Origin: Alphaproteobacteria bacterium
Lineage (GTDB): Archaea; Nanobdellota; Nanobdellia; Woesearchaeales; UBA9642
DNA length: 60,860 bases
Assembly (NCBI GenBank): GCA_035626895.1
Contig: DASPMU010000060.1
Span: 1 to 60,860 of the forward strand
Direction of reading: 5' to 3'
The notes beneath the pieces were generated by a model. It was not told where the DNA came from, did no database searches, and saw only the letters and a list, made by a program, of their open reading frames with translations. Both the position numbers and the translations under genes were made by a program. Below are positions 26,931 through 36,285 of the stretch, piece by piece; position 1 is the stretch's first letter; each line of letters starts with the position of its first letter.

Positions 26931-28079
26931 TCATTTCTTCTTCAATATATCATTATACTCTTTAGAAAGTCTTTGCGCAATTGATGCCCAGCTGAGTTCC
27001 CCCATTGCTTTCTTATAGCCGTTTTCTCCAAGGAACTCGCGTTTCTTTTTATCATGGATCAATTTCACGATCGCGTCAGCCAAAGCTTTAGGATCTTCAG
27101 GTTTTACTAGAATACCAGTTTTGCCGTCGTCAATAAATTCTCTCAATGCGCCGACATCAGTGCATACTAATGCTTTCTTGAAGACATATGCGATCGGAAC
27201 AATTCCTGATGAGGATGCATCCCTGTAAGGCATTACAATTATTGAGGATTCCTGGAAATATGGAGGAACTGCCTGCTCCGGGATGTATTTGTTTAATACT
27301 TCGATATTTTTCTTGTCGATTTTTTCAACCAGTTTATTGTAGGGGAGCATGTCTCCTTCTCCAGCAACAATTAATTTTATGTCCGGGATTTTTTTAGTCA
27401 AGATAGGCATTGCCTTGAGCAAAGTATCAAGGCCTTTGTATTCGAGGATTCTGCCGAAGAACAAAATAGTTTTGTCATCCTCCCTGATCCCAGGTTTCTT
27501 CCATTTAAGATAGAATGAAAAATCCCCCATGAGAAAAACTGAAATCTTGTCTTTCTTGATTTTGTATAATTTAACTAAATCATCGCGAAGCTTGTAGCCT
27601 AAGACTGCAACCCTGTCTGCTTTTCTGTTCAAGACTTGATTTACATGAATTGTTATCTTTCCTTTCAATCCCTCTCCAAGATGGGGAGTTATATCGTGCA
27701 TAGTAACATAGAACTTCTTGTCCTTGAATGCGTTTAATATGACAAGCGACCATGGATGGTTGTCAACAAAATGTATCAATTCAGGATCTACTTTCTTGAT
27801 TTTTTTAATCATGCTGTAGAAATGGAATGGATTGATGCTAAGCAGAGCAGTTTTCCAAGCGCTAGGAGGAGCCTTTATCCTGATCAATTTGACTTTTTTG
27901 TCGAATAAGAATGTATCAGAATAATCCGGGAGCAAGACGTGAACGTCATAATACTTTGTCAAGGAATTTGCAAGCTGGGATGCATACTGAAGCATACCGC
28001 TTCTGCCGTATAAAGAACACAGAAGTATCCTTGTCTTTTGTTTATATTGTCTTGGACTTGATTTCTTTGCTTTAGCCAT
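26931..28079 (-). CDS. GT4-family (GT-B) glycosyltransferase
   Basis: ILFFGRILEYKGLDTLLKAM...LVCTDVGALREFIDDGKTGILV, a typical Glycos_transf_1 C-terminal domain. Confidence 0.7.
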   Translation of the reverse strand: MAKAKKSSPRQYKQKTRILLCSLYGRSGMLQYASQLANSLTKYYDVHVLLPDYSDTFLFDKKVKLIRIKAPPSAWKTALLSINPFHFYSMIKKIKKVDPELIHFVDNHPWSLVILNAFKDKKFYVTMHDITPHLGEGLKGKITIHVNQVLNRKADRVAVLGYKLRDDLVKLYKIKKDKISVFLMGDFSFYLKWKKPGIREDDKTILFFGRILEYKGLDTLLKAMPILTKKIPDIKLIVAGEGDMLPYNKLVEKIDKKNIEVLNKYIPEQAVPPYFQESSIIVMPYRDASSSGIVPIAYVFKKALVCTDVGALREFIDDGKTGILVKPEDPKALADAIVKLIHDKKKREFLGENGYKKAMGELSWASIAQRLSKEYNDILKKK

Positions 28080-28147
28080 TATAATATAGCCCTATTTAGG
28101 CTATTTATATTTTTTGTTAATTAAGAGAACAAGAAGAAATATGAAAA

Positions 28148-28534
28148 TCAATTAAGTTTAGGAGAATAATCCACATTTGTTTCATAAATATTGGCAAATC
28201 CTGATTCTTTCTTCTCTCCAAATTTGAAAACTTTTGCTCCAGTAAATAATGTGATAGTATAAGCAATATATTTAGGTATTATAACTTTATATCCTGCTTC
28301 TAATTTGCGTTCTTCATGGTAGCCGCGAATTACATCCTCGAGAAGAATAGATCCTGATCCTTTCGCAATGAATAATAAATGCCTGTCATTAGAAGTGTCA
28401 TCCTGAATTTTTATGTGATCGTCATCAGAAAGATTATTTGATGCATCTATAAGGCGAAAGTAATTAAAATCAAATTGTATCTTAGAGAAACTCTTATCAT
28501 GCCTCTTCTCAAACACAACACCAGGTACACCCAT
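28148..28534 (-). CDS. Hypothetical protein, single cupin-like domain
   Basis: LLFIAKGSGSILLEDV...KLEAGYKVIIPKYIAYTITLFTGAKVFKF parallels the N-terminal half of the neighbouring 248-aa protein (LIYLLKGSATFRITDF...LSEGDRIIVPERALYELHAEPGSKIFTF). Confidence 0.35.
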   Translation of the reverse strand: MGVPGVVFEKRHDKSFSKIQFDFNYFRLIDASNNLSDDDHIKIQDDTSNDRHLLFIAKGSGSILLEDVIRGYHEERKLEAGYKVIIPKYIAYTITLFTGAKVFKFGEKKESGFANIYETNVDYSPKLN

Positions 28535-28628
28535 GAAAATAAACTGCTAATAACTAATATATAAATTTTTTCAAGAGTTAAATTAGAAATAAATTAGAAA
28601 ATTAATATACATAATAAAATAAACAATA

Positions 28629-29375
28629 TTATTTGCCAGTAGGCAAATTGTAGAAGCTATCGCCTTCTATTTTATGATCATTGTGCTCAGGAGAAATATA
28701 AGGCTCTTCTGTAAATCCTACAAGCAGCGAATCCTTCTTCAAAAATGCCTTATGACCGACAAACGCTGGGACAAAAAGCTTGCTTTCTGGCGCGAGCAAA
28801 TGCAGTTCTTGCAACGCATCAGGGGTCTTCGTGTCCTTGAAATAGAAATTTCCTTCCCCGTTTATCAAGAAGAAAAATTCATTATATTTATGATAATGTC
28901 CGCCGAGAGGAAAATCATCCTTAAGGAATGCAAACTTGGCTTGTTTTGCATTGAATCCTTCAGGCAAAATATTGTCCCAATTATAAGGACTATAATTGCT
29001 TAGTTTTTCATTGAATGTAAATATCTTAGAGCCCGGTTCTGCATGCAGTTCATATAATGCTCTTTCAGGAACAATGATCCTATCTCCTTCACTTAGCATG
29101 TATACATTTGGGTCCTCAAATATAGAAAAATCAGTTATTCTAAATGTTGCACTTCCCTTAAGCAAATATATAAGCTGCTTATTTCCAAGAGAAGTACCGT
29201 CAATAATTTCTATTTTGCCATTTTTGATATTTGCATTTTTTTCAAGATCAATGTAACTGGCATACTCTGCAGAAAAATCTCCATTGAAGGCAGTTGTCAA
29301 AAGCCTTCTATTATTATCACTTAGACCATTGTTTGGCCTGTCCTTTGTCTCATGGATAATCCTATCTAGCGTCAT
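28629..29375 (-). CDS. Two-domain cupin-like protein (possible FdtA/WxcM-type sugar ketoisomerase or epimerase)
   Basis: The C-terminal half GGHYHKYNEFFFLINGEGNFYF...LFVPAFVGHKAF looks like a cupin with His ligands. The N-terminal half is a second jelly-roll-like repeat. Confidence 0.4.
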   Translation of the reverse strand: MTLDRIIHETKDRPNNGLSDNNRRLLTTAFNGDFSAEYASYIDLEKNANIKNGKIEIIDGTSLGNKQLIYLLKGSATFRITDFSIFEDPNVYMLSEGDRIIVPERALYELHAEPGSKIFTFNEKLSNYSPYNWDNILPEGFNAKQAKFAFLKDDFPLGGHYHKYNEFFFLINGEGNFYFKDTKTPDALQELHLLAPESKLFVPAFVGHKAFLKKDSLLVGFTEEPYISPEHNDHKIEGDSFYNLPTGK

Positions 29376-29396
29376 AATTTAAGGAAATGAATAGTG

Positions 29397-29405
29397 TTTA
29401 TAAAT
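29397..29405 (-). promoter_or_regulatory. TATA-like box TTTATAAAT, leaderless geometry for the minus-strand gene starting at 29375
   Basis: Centre 29401 is 26 nt upstream of the start codon at 29375-29373. Confidence 0.45.
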
Positions 29406-29496
29406 ATTTTGTTATCTATCAGTAGTATCATTTTGTGCTTAGATTAGAAATAGATAATATTTAAAAATAGAATTTGAATCGAAACTCTAAAGTAAG

Positions 29497-29507
29497 AAAT
29501 TTATAAC
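29497..29507 (+). promoter_or_regulatory. TATA-like box AAATTTATAAC for the gene starting at 29536
   Basis: About 34 nt upstream of the ATG. A GGGGG Shine-Dalgarno-like run at 29524-29528 lies between them. Confidence 0.35.
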
Positions 29508-29535
29508 ATTATAACAATTCATCGGGGGAAAATCC

Positions 29536-30765
29536 ATGACAAAAGAACTTTTCACATTAGGAGATTTATACGTTTCTGATTTTATCAAGGGCGACGAGCA
29601 GCCTCGCGGATCAAAGCACGAAATGAAGCTTATCTGGGATTCTAAAAACCATGCAGCAAGGTTAGAAAAAGCTGTTCCGATACACACAATGTTTGGAAAA
29701 TACTGGTATAGATCAGGAATCAACACGACAATGGTCAATGAACTTCGAGGAATTGTTGAGAGCATAACTTCCGTCATGAAATTAAAAGATGGCGACGTAT
29801 GGCTTGACATCGCCTGCAACGATGGAACATTATTCAAATTCGTCCCTAAAGGAATTTTCAAGATAGGAATCGATCCGTGCGATGATAGCTTTGCAGCTGA
29901 ATCAAGAAAAGTCGCTGACGTGATAGTCCAGGATTATTTCTCAAAAGAAGCATACAGGAAAACAGAACATCATCACAGAAAAGCAAAAATAATAACAACA
30001 ATTGCAATGTTCTACGATCTTGATGATATTGATTCATTCGTGCAAGACATTTACGAAGTCCTTGAAGATGATGGAATGTGGGTAATACAATTAAGCTACA
30101 CTCCATTAATGATCGAGCAGCTTGCATTCGACAACATCTGCCATGAGCATGTATATTATCATTCGATGACAAGTATCAACGAGATTGCTCGAAGAAACGG
30201 CCTAAAAATAATGGACGCGCAATTAAACGACGTCAACGGCGGAAGCTTCAGGGTTTACATGATGAAAGATAAAGGAGATGTCAAGAAATTCGGCAGCGCT
30301 CCATACAGGGATGTCTGCAGGATGAGAGTTGAGTCCTTGCTTGCATATGAAAAAACATCAGGCCTTGGCGGACCGGAAGTCTGGAAAGAATTCTTTACAA
30401 GAATACAAGAATTGAAAGAGCAGACTTACAATTTCATCAAACATGAAAAAGCAAAAGGAAAGACAGTATGGGGCTATGGAGCTTCAACAAAAGGAAACAC
30501 TCTTTTGCAATATTTCAATCTTGACAATACACTAATCGACGGAATCGCAGAGAGAAGTCCATATAAATTCGGCCATCGAACTGTAGGAACTAACATACCG
30601 ATCTATTCTGAAGAAGAGGCAAGAAAAGCAAAGCCTGATTACATGCTTGTTCTTCCATGGCATTTCATAAACGAATTCATAGTCAGGGAAAAAGATTATT
30701 TAGACAACGGCGGGAAATTCATCGTACCATGCCCGAAATTCGAGATAATTGGAAAACAGGATTGA
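29536..30765 (+). CDS. NDP-hexose C-methyltransferase family protein (TylCIII-like), lacking the N-terminal zinc ribbon
   Basis: GDVWLDIACNDGTL SAM motif, FDNICHEHVYYHS, and the C-terminal domain VWGYGASTKGNTLLQYF...YMLVLPWHFINEFIVRE. Confidence 0.65.
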   Translation: MTKELFTLGDLYVSDFIKGDEQPRGSKHEMKLIWDSKNHAARLEKAVPIHTMFGKYWYRSGINTTMVNELRGIVESITSVMKLKDGDVWLDIACNDGTLFKFVPKGIFKIGIDPCDDSFAAESRKVADVIVQDYFSKEAYRKTEHHHRKAKIITTIAMFYDLDDIDSFVQDIYEVLEDDGMWVIQLSYTPLMIEQLAFDNICHEHVYYHSMTSINEIARRNGLKIMDAQLNDVNGGSFRVYMMKDKGDVKKFGSAPYRDVCRMRVESLLAYEKTSGLGGPEVWKEFFTRIQELKEQTYNFIKHEKAKGKTVWGYGASTKGNTLLQYFNLDNTLIDGIAERSPYKFGHRTVGTNIPIYSEEEARKAKPDYMLVLPWHFINEFIVREKDYLDNGGKFIVPCPKFEIIGKQD

Positions 30766-30789
30766 ATCATTAATACAGTTTGAGAGAAA

Positions 30790-31320
30790 ATGGAAGAATA
30801 CGCTGTCGAAGGCAAGGAAATAGTGAACATTTCTAAACTCACTTCGCCGCAGATGGACAAAGAACATTACATAGCGGCGCACAAGGGAACAGTCATCGTA
30901 TGCCACGATATTTTCATAAAATATAATGATCCCAAGACAGGAGATGCAGGAGTACTTCTTGTCGTCAGGAAAAACGTCCCTGCAAAGGATCTTCTCTGGC
31001 CAATAGGCGGAAGAATACAGCGCGGCGTTAAAACAACAGAATCATTAAAACATAAAGTCAAAGAAGAATGCAGCCTTGAAATTACTCACATAAAAGAAAT
31101 CGGCTTGACAAGAACATACTTTGAAACTGAGCCATTCGGCCACGGAAAAGGAACAGACACAATAAACATCGTCTATTTTGCTGAAGGGAATGGAGAGATA
31201 AAATTAAACAACCTTCATGCGCAGCCAACAATAATCACAAAGGATAATTTCTCTGAATACAAAAATGAAATGCATCCTTATATAAGAGAATATGTTGAGA
31301 AATGTTTAAAATTAATTTGA
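30790..31320 (+). CDS. Hypothetical protein, Nudix-like fold suspected (paralogue A)
   Basis: LLWPIGGRIQRGVKTTESLKHKVKEECSLE resembles a degenerate Nudix box. Clearly paralogous to the next gene (shared CHD, PAKDL.WPIGG, PFGHG.GTDT, KLN.LHA.PTIIT). Confidence 0.35.
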   Translation: MEEYAVEGKEIVNISKLTSPQMDKEHYIAAHKGTVIVCHDIFIKYNDPKTGDAGVLLVVRKNVPAKDLLWPIGGRIQRGVKTTESLKHKVKEECSLEITHIKEIGLTRTYFETEPFGHGKGTDTINIVYFAEGNGEIKLNNLHAQPTIITKDNFSEYKNEMHPYIREYVEKCLKLI

Positions 31321-31336
31321 AAAATACGAGGACAAA

Positions 31337-31912
31337 ATGAAAGAATACGCAATTGAATATTTTCCAGTAGACCTAAGCAAACTGACAGCTGAACGTGTAA
31401 GCGATGAAAAATACAAAGAAATGCATCAGAACTCAGTCATACCCTGCCATGATGTTTACATAAGACACACATATAACAATAAAGACGGAATACTTCTTGT
31501 TCAGAGAAAGGGAAAGCCTGCAAAAGATTTATTTTGGCCAATAGGCGGAAAACTTCTTAGAGGAGTACCGACACTAGAGTCATTAAATAAAAAATCATTG
31601 GAAGAATGCAATCTTCAACTTGAAGACATTGTCGAGATAGATAATTCAAGGCAATTTTGGCAAACAGATCCATTCGGGCATGGAAGAGGAACAGATACAA
31701 CTTCAACAATTTATTATGCAAAAGGAAAAGGAGAATTGAAACTCAACGATCTTCATGCAAAACCCACAATAATAACACCTAAAGAATACCAATTATACAG
31801 AAATTCATTCCACAAATATGTTAAAGAAGCCATGGATATAATATTCTATCAAGGAGTATTTGAGACAGGAATATATAAAAAAGGATTTGCTGGTTCAAGC
31901 CTGCAGGGCTAA
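31337..31912 (+). CDS. Hypothetical protein, Nudix-like fold suspected (paralogue B)
   Basis: LFWPIGGKLLRGVPTLESLNKKSLEECNLQL. Tandem duplicate of 30790..31320 with a GAGGA SD-like sequence upstream. Confidence 0.35.
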   Translation: MKEYAIEYFPVDLSKLTAERVSDEKYKEMHQNSVIPCHDVYIRHTYNNKDGILLVQRKGKPAKDLFWPIGGKLLRGVPTLESLNKKSLEECNLQLEDIVEIDNSRQFWQTDPFGHGRGTDTTSTIYYAKGKGELKLNDLHAKPTIITPKEYQLYRNSFHKYVKEAMDIIFYQGVFETGIYKKGFAGSSLQG

Positions 31913-31922
31913 TTCTATCTTC

Positions 31923-33875
31923 CTATTTATTTAATTTCTCTTTCAATATAAACTGCCTATACCATAGAGAGTAAGTCATTAAAGACCATAATTGCCTTGC
32001 ATAATACAATTTTCCATCAGAATATTTCTTGTAGATTCCATCAACATACTCCCGTTTAATCATTGGAGGAAGATTTTCCCTTCCAAGGCTTTCCTGTACA
32101 GAATCTTTGAGCTGCGAATTTAGCCAATTCTCAACAGGCATATGGAATCCCTGCTTTTTCCTGTAAAGTATTTCCGAAGGAAGATTGCTGTTTGAATGCA
32201 AAGATTTCTTGAGTATATATTTAGTATGATTTATTCCTCGAAGTTTCAAATCTGAAGGCATGTTAAATGCAAGCTCGACAATCCTATGATCAAGGAACGG
32301 TACGCGAGATTCGACGCAGTTCGCCATCGTCATTTTATCTGTTTTCATCAGGAATAATTCAGGAAGCATTCTTTTTGTATCAAATAAAAGCAGCTGGCTG
32401 ACATAATCCTGCTTTGACCCATTTTGATTTTTATCCTGGCTGAAATATTCTTTGTTCAAAGACTCGAAATCAATATCTTTATAAGATTCTGTTTCTAAAA
32501 GCTTTTTTCTTTCCTCTTCGCTGAATGTTCCGAATAGTGCATAATATGCTTTCGCTTTGTCATGCTTGATATTTCTTATCAGTTCATCGCTTCGAACATA
32601 AGCATCTTCTCCCAAGTCTGAAGCATACTTGTGGAATTTATCCCATGTCTTTAAAGGAATTGCCCTTGTCATCTTCGGGCCTAGATGTTTGAATCCTGGA
32701 ATTTTTCCAGCGATATTTGTTGCTTTCAATATCTTATGATGGTCATAGCCTGCAAATAGTTCATCTCCGCCGTCTCCCGTCAAGACAACTGTTGAAGTTT
32801 TCTTCGATTCTTTTGAAAGAAGATAAAGAGGAATTAAAGCAGGATCTGAAAGCGGCTCATCAGTATGATACGCTATTTTTGGAAGAAGCTCTACAAGATT
32901 TGGCTCTACAACAAATTCCTTATGATCAGTGTTGAATAATTTGCTGACTTGGTTTGCGTAAACTGACTCATTGACTTTTTCTCCATCAGCAAATGATATA
33001 TTGTAAGTTTTTATTGTCGCATTGTCTTTTTTCTCATCGATCAATTCCCTCATCATTGCAACTATCGCGCTGCTGTCAACTCCGCCGCTTAAGTATACTC
33101 CGAGCGGAACATCGCTTATCATGACTTTTCGGACTGAATCTTTGAGCAAGAAATAAAGATGGTTTGCATAAAATTCTGCAGACTTATTTCCATTCCTGTC
33201 GACTTGATTTAATGATATATCCCAATATTTAGTTATATCATATTTTCCTGTCTCTACATCAAGTTTAATATAATGCCCTGGCTTCAGCCTGAATATCCCT
33301 TTGAAGAAAGTTTCCTCCAGAGGATTGTATCTTAGAGAAAGATAATTGTTCAATGCGTCAGCATTAACTTCGCGCTTAACATCTGTAATTTCAAGGATGC
33401 TTTTTATCTCGCTTGAAAATGCAAATTTTCCGTCTGAACCAGTGTAATAATATAACGGTTTTATTCCTATCCTGTCTCGCGCAATAATCAATACTTTCTT
33501 TTTTGAATCGTAAAGCGCTATCGCGTACATTCCATTTAGTCTTTCAAGGAAAGCTTCGCCATATTCTTCATATGCATGAACAATAGTTTCTCCATCGCAA
33601 TTCGTCTTGAATTTATGCCCTTTTATTACCAGAACTCTTCGAAGTTCCTGGAAGTTGTAAATCTCTCCATTGAATATGCAAAAAATATCTTCAGCCTCAT
33701 TAGTCAGAGGATAAATTCCTTTGGTCAAATCAATGATGCTAAGTCTCCTCATCCCCAGAGATAAATTCTTGTCGAAATGATATGCAACATCATTGGGGCC
33801 CCTATGCATTACAGCGTCAGCCATCCTTTTCAGGAGTTTTTCATCGTTCCAATTGAATCCTGTTATTCCGCACAT
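31923..33875 (-). CDS. AsnB-like glutamine-hydrolysing amidotransferase (asparagine synthase family; WbpS-type in glycan clusters)
   Basis: Ntn nucleophile MCGITGF and PP-loop LSGGVDSSAIVA. 650 aa. Embedded between glycosyltransferase genes. Confidence 0.7.
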   Translation of the reverse strand: MCGITGFNWNDEKLLKRMADAVMHRGPNDVAYHFDKNLSLGMRRLSIIDLTKGIYPLTNEAEDIFCIFNGEIYNFQELRRVLVIKGHKFKTNCDGETIVHAYEEYGEAFLERLNGMYAIALYDSKKKVLIIARDRIGIKPLYYYTGSDGKFAFSSEIKSILEITDVKREVNADALNNYLSLRYNPLEETFFKGIFRLKPGHYIKLDVETGKYDITKYWDISLNQVDRNGNKSAEFYANHLYFLLKDSVRKVMISDVPLGVYLSGGVDSSAIVAMMRELIDEKKDNATIKTYNISFADGEKVNESVYANQVSKLFNTDHKEFVVEPNLVELLPKIAYHTDEPLSDPALIPLYLLSKESKKTSTVVLTGDGGDELFAGYDHHKILKATNIAGKIPGFKHLGPKMTRAIPLKTWDKFHKYASDLGEDAYVRSDELIRNIKHDKAKAYYALFGTFSEEERKKLLETESYKDIDFESLNKEYFSQDKNQNGSKQDYVSQLLLFDTKRMLPELFLMKTDKMTMANCVESRVPFLDHRIVELAFNMPSDLKLRGINHTKYILKKSLHSNSNLPSEILYRKKQGFHMPVENWLNSQLKDSVQESLGRENLPPMIKREYVDGIYKKYSDGKLYYARQLWSLMTYSLWYRQFILKEKLNK

Positions 33876-33888
33876 TTTAGTTCTCAGC

Positions 33889-35145
33889 TTATTTTCTCAG
33901 ATTATCCTCGAGCAATTCCGAATATAATTTTTGATACTTGGAGATTATTACATCCCAGTCAAAGCTTTTCATTTTTGAAATTGAATTGTGTCCCATCTTA
34001 TGCCGAAGATCCTTTTTCTTCGACAACTCTTTAATTCTTTTTGCAAATTCTGCCGGGCGGTCTTTATTGCATAAATATCCTGATTTTCCATCTTCAATCA
34101 AGTCAGGAATGCAAGGAATATCGCTTGCAACGCATGGAAGGCCATAGCTCATTGCTTCCATTACAACTCCCGGAAGTCCTTCGCCTTCGGCAGGAAGTAC
34201 TAAAAGATCTGAACCTTTGTACATTTTATCCATGTCTTTTCGCCATCCTAAAAACGACATCTTTCCAAGAAGGCCAAGTTCTGCTGCTTTTTGGATATAC
34301 AAATCTTTATTCGGCCCGTCGCCGCACATTATGAAATAAATATTTTCTTTCTTCAGGATTTTTGCCATCTCAATTATTTTCTCAACGCCCTTTCTTGGAA
34401 CCATAAGGCCTGCGAAAACAACAATAGTTGAATTTTCAGGAATGTTAAGTTCCTTGCATAATTCTTTTCTTGTTTTTTTCCGGATTTCATCATTCACATC
34501 TTTCTGTGAAATTCCAGTCGATATTACTTGTATTTTGCTTTTCGGAATTCCTGCCTTGATTGCAAAAGGCACTAAACTTTTTCCGTAAAGAGTCACAACA
34601 TCAGGAGTCTTATATATAATCCATCCGAAAAGCTTATTGTAAATTTTGAAAATCTTATCAAGCGGCTTTCCCATGCTGAAACTATATCCCGGAACTGTAT
34701 CCATCGTCAGGATTAATTTTTTCTTTGGAAAAAATAATTTTTTTATGAATATGAATTTCAAGTTAGTAATGTAATAAGGAACCCACATATGAACTATGTC
34801 ATTATTTTTGAAAATAGTGAATGCATAGTAAGAATACGCAAACGTCACAGGTATTGGCTGCTCTGATTTGAGCGGCAAATTAAGAGTGGAATAATTTATT
34901 ACATTGCTATGCTCGAGCAGTTTTGAATGATGCAAGGATTTGTCAGATTTCCTGAATAATTTCTTAGGGTAAATCACAGTTGTGTCAACATGCTTTCCAT
35001 TGACCCCCTTGGATTTAATTTTTGAGCTTATCTCTGAAACCGGGCGCTTTATCAAAAGCGTCGGATTGACATAACATATTCTTATCTTTTTTGCATCTGC
35101 TGCCTTCTTTGAAGTTTTCTTCTTTGCCATCTTTGCACTTGCCAT
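33889..35145 (-). CDS. GT4-family (GT-B) glycosyltransferase
   Basis: VVFAGLMVPRKGVEKII and E-x7-E motif PAEGEGLPGVVMEAMSYGLPCVASD. Lys-rich N-terminus. Confidence 0.75.
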   Translation of the reverse strand: MASAKMAKKKTSKKAADAKKIRICYVNPTLLIKRPVSEISSKIKSKGVNGKHVDTTVIYPKKLFRKSDKSLHHSKLLEHSNVINYSTLNLPLKSEQPIPVTFAYSYYAFTIFKNNDIVHMWVPYYITNLKFIFIKKLFFPKKKLILTMDTVPGYSFSMGKPLDKIFKIYNKLFGWIIYKTPDVVTLYGKSLVPFAIKAGIPKSKIQVISTGISQKDVNDEIRKKTRKELCKELNIPENSTIVVFAGLMVPRKGVEKIIEMAKILKKENIYFIMCGDGPNKDLYIQKAAELGLLGKMSFLGWRKDMDKMYKGSDLLVLPAEGEGLPGVVMEAMSYGLPCVASDIPCIPDLIEDGKSGYLCNKDRPAEFAKRIKELSKKKDLRHKMGHNSISKMKSFDWDVIISKYQKLYSELLEDNLRK

Positions 35146-35248
35146 AAATCAAATCAACCGTAATATCTTATTAAGTTTACTATTCCTGTTACTTTACTTC
35201 GCTCGCGCTATCTTATAAATACTGCCTATATCTACTCAGTAAATCAAT

Positions 35249-35266
35249 TTCATCAAATTTATAAAT
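35249..35266 (+). promoter_or_regulatory. Promoter 18-mer TTCATCAAATTTATAAAT (TATA box plus upstream element), leaderless geometry
   Basis: The TATA centre (~35262) is 27 nt upstream of the ATG at 35289. The same 18-mer recurs at 36265-36282. Confidence 0.5.
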
Positions 35267-35288
35267 TTAGGGCAAGAAAATAATATGA

Positions 35289-36194
35289 ATGAAATATTGC
35301 ATAGTGTGCGGATCTAAAAAAAATTCTGAAAAAATAGGCGTGAACATCAAATTCGGATGGGACGTCTTATATTGCAATAAATGCAAGCTTGCATACGGCG
35401 ATGAAGAAGATTCTAAGATAAAGAAAAGATATACTAAATATTACACTGAAGAATACTGGCACAGCAAGGAAGGAAAGAAAAATATCCTTGGAACAGATCC
35501 TGAGCAGCAAAAGATGTCAAAAGCAGAAGCAATCTTGTCTACAAAAATAATTCCTGCAGGAATAAAATTTATCAGGGCATTAGGCGTCAAGCCCCTTATT
35601 GCAGTATCCCATCATCATATGATCAAGAAATATGTTCGTGATGATAAGAAAATAAAATTCCTGGAGATTGGTCCGGGAGAAGGTTATAGTTTAAGATATT
35701 TTAACAAGTTATACGACATATCAGCAATAGAGCCAGATAAACCTAATACTAAAAATATCAACAAATATTTTGGAAGAAAAGTCTGTGTAAGCGGAGATGC
35801 TGAAACAGACAAGATAGCAGGAAAGTACGATATAGTATACATGTGCCACGTATTTGAGCACATTGTTTCCCCCTTGAAATTTTTGCACAACATAAAAAAT
35901 AACATAAAAGATGATGGAATATTATTTATCGAAGTTCCAAACTGCGAATGGCCTAGGATGATGCAGATCTCTGCATTAGAAAATGAAACTCACACATATC
36001 ATTACAAGCTTGAGGGAATAAACAAGCTTCTAAAGAAAGCCGGATACAAAATCTTGGAATCAGGAGTCTACAGCGCAACAACCAATAATCCTATAACAAC
36101 AACATTCAGATCAATCTTCAATATTTACAGCTACAAAAAAATGCCATTAAAGCAAGGCATCAAAATAGTTGTGATTGCAAAGAAAGACAAATAA
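35289..36194 (+). CDS. Class I SAM-dependent methyltransferase with N-terminal zinc-ribbon
   Basis: CIVCGS...YCNKCKLAY (two CxxC pairs). SAM motif FLEIGPGEGYSLRYF. DIVYMCHVFEHI. Confidence 0.7.
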   Translation: MKYCIVCGSKKNSEKIGVNIKFGWDVLYCNKCKLAYGDEEDSKIKKRYTKYYTEEYWHSKEGKKNILGTDPEQQKMSKAEAILSTKIIPAGIKFIRALGVKPLIAVSHHHMIKKYVRDDKKIKFLEIGPGEGYSLRYFNKLYDISAIEPDKPNTKNINKYFGRKVCVSGDAETDKIAGKYDIVYMCHVFEHIVSPLKFLHNIKNNIKDDGILFIEVPNCEWPRMMQISALENETHTYHYKLEGINKLLKKAGYKILESGVYSATTNNPITTTFRSIFNIYSYKKMPLKQGIKIVVIAKKDK

Positions 36195-36264
36195 ATTCAA
36201 AATAGTTCATTTCTAAAGTTTGTCCCAAATTAGTGACACATTTTTTTCATTTTCTCGACAATAA

Positions 36265-36282
36265 TTCATCAAATTTATAAAT
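36265..36282 (+). promoter_or_regulatory. Second copy of promoter 18-mer TTCATCAAATTTATAAAT, upstream of aglB
   Basis: Exact repeat of 35249-35266. It ends only 4 nt before the listed ATG 36286. Confidence 0.45.
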
Positions 36283-36285
36283 GAA

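Noticed and set aside
31923-33875. AsnB homologue as housekeeping asparagine synthetase
   Set aside because: This is possible. However, the gene is wedged between Nudix-like genes and a GT4 in the island, and AsnB-like amidotransferases (WbpS-type) are recurrent in glycan clusters. I kept it as AsnB-like amidotransferase with the function left open.
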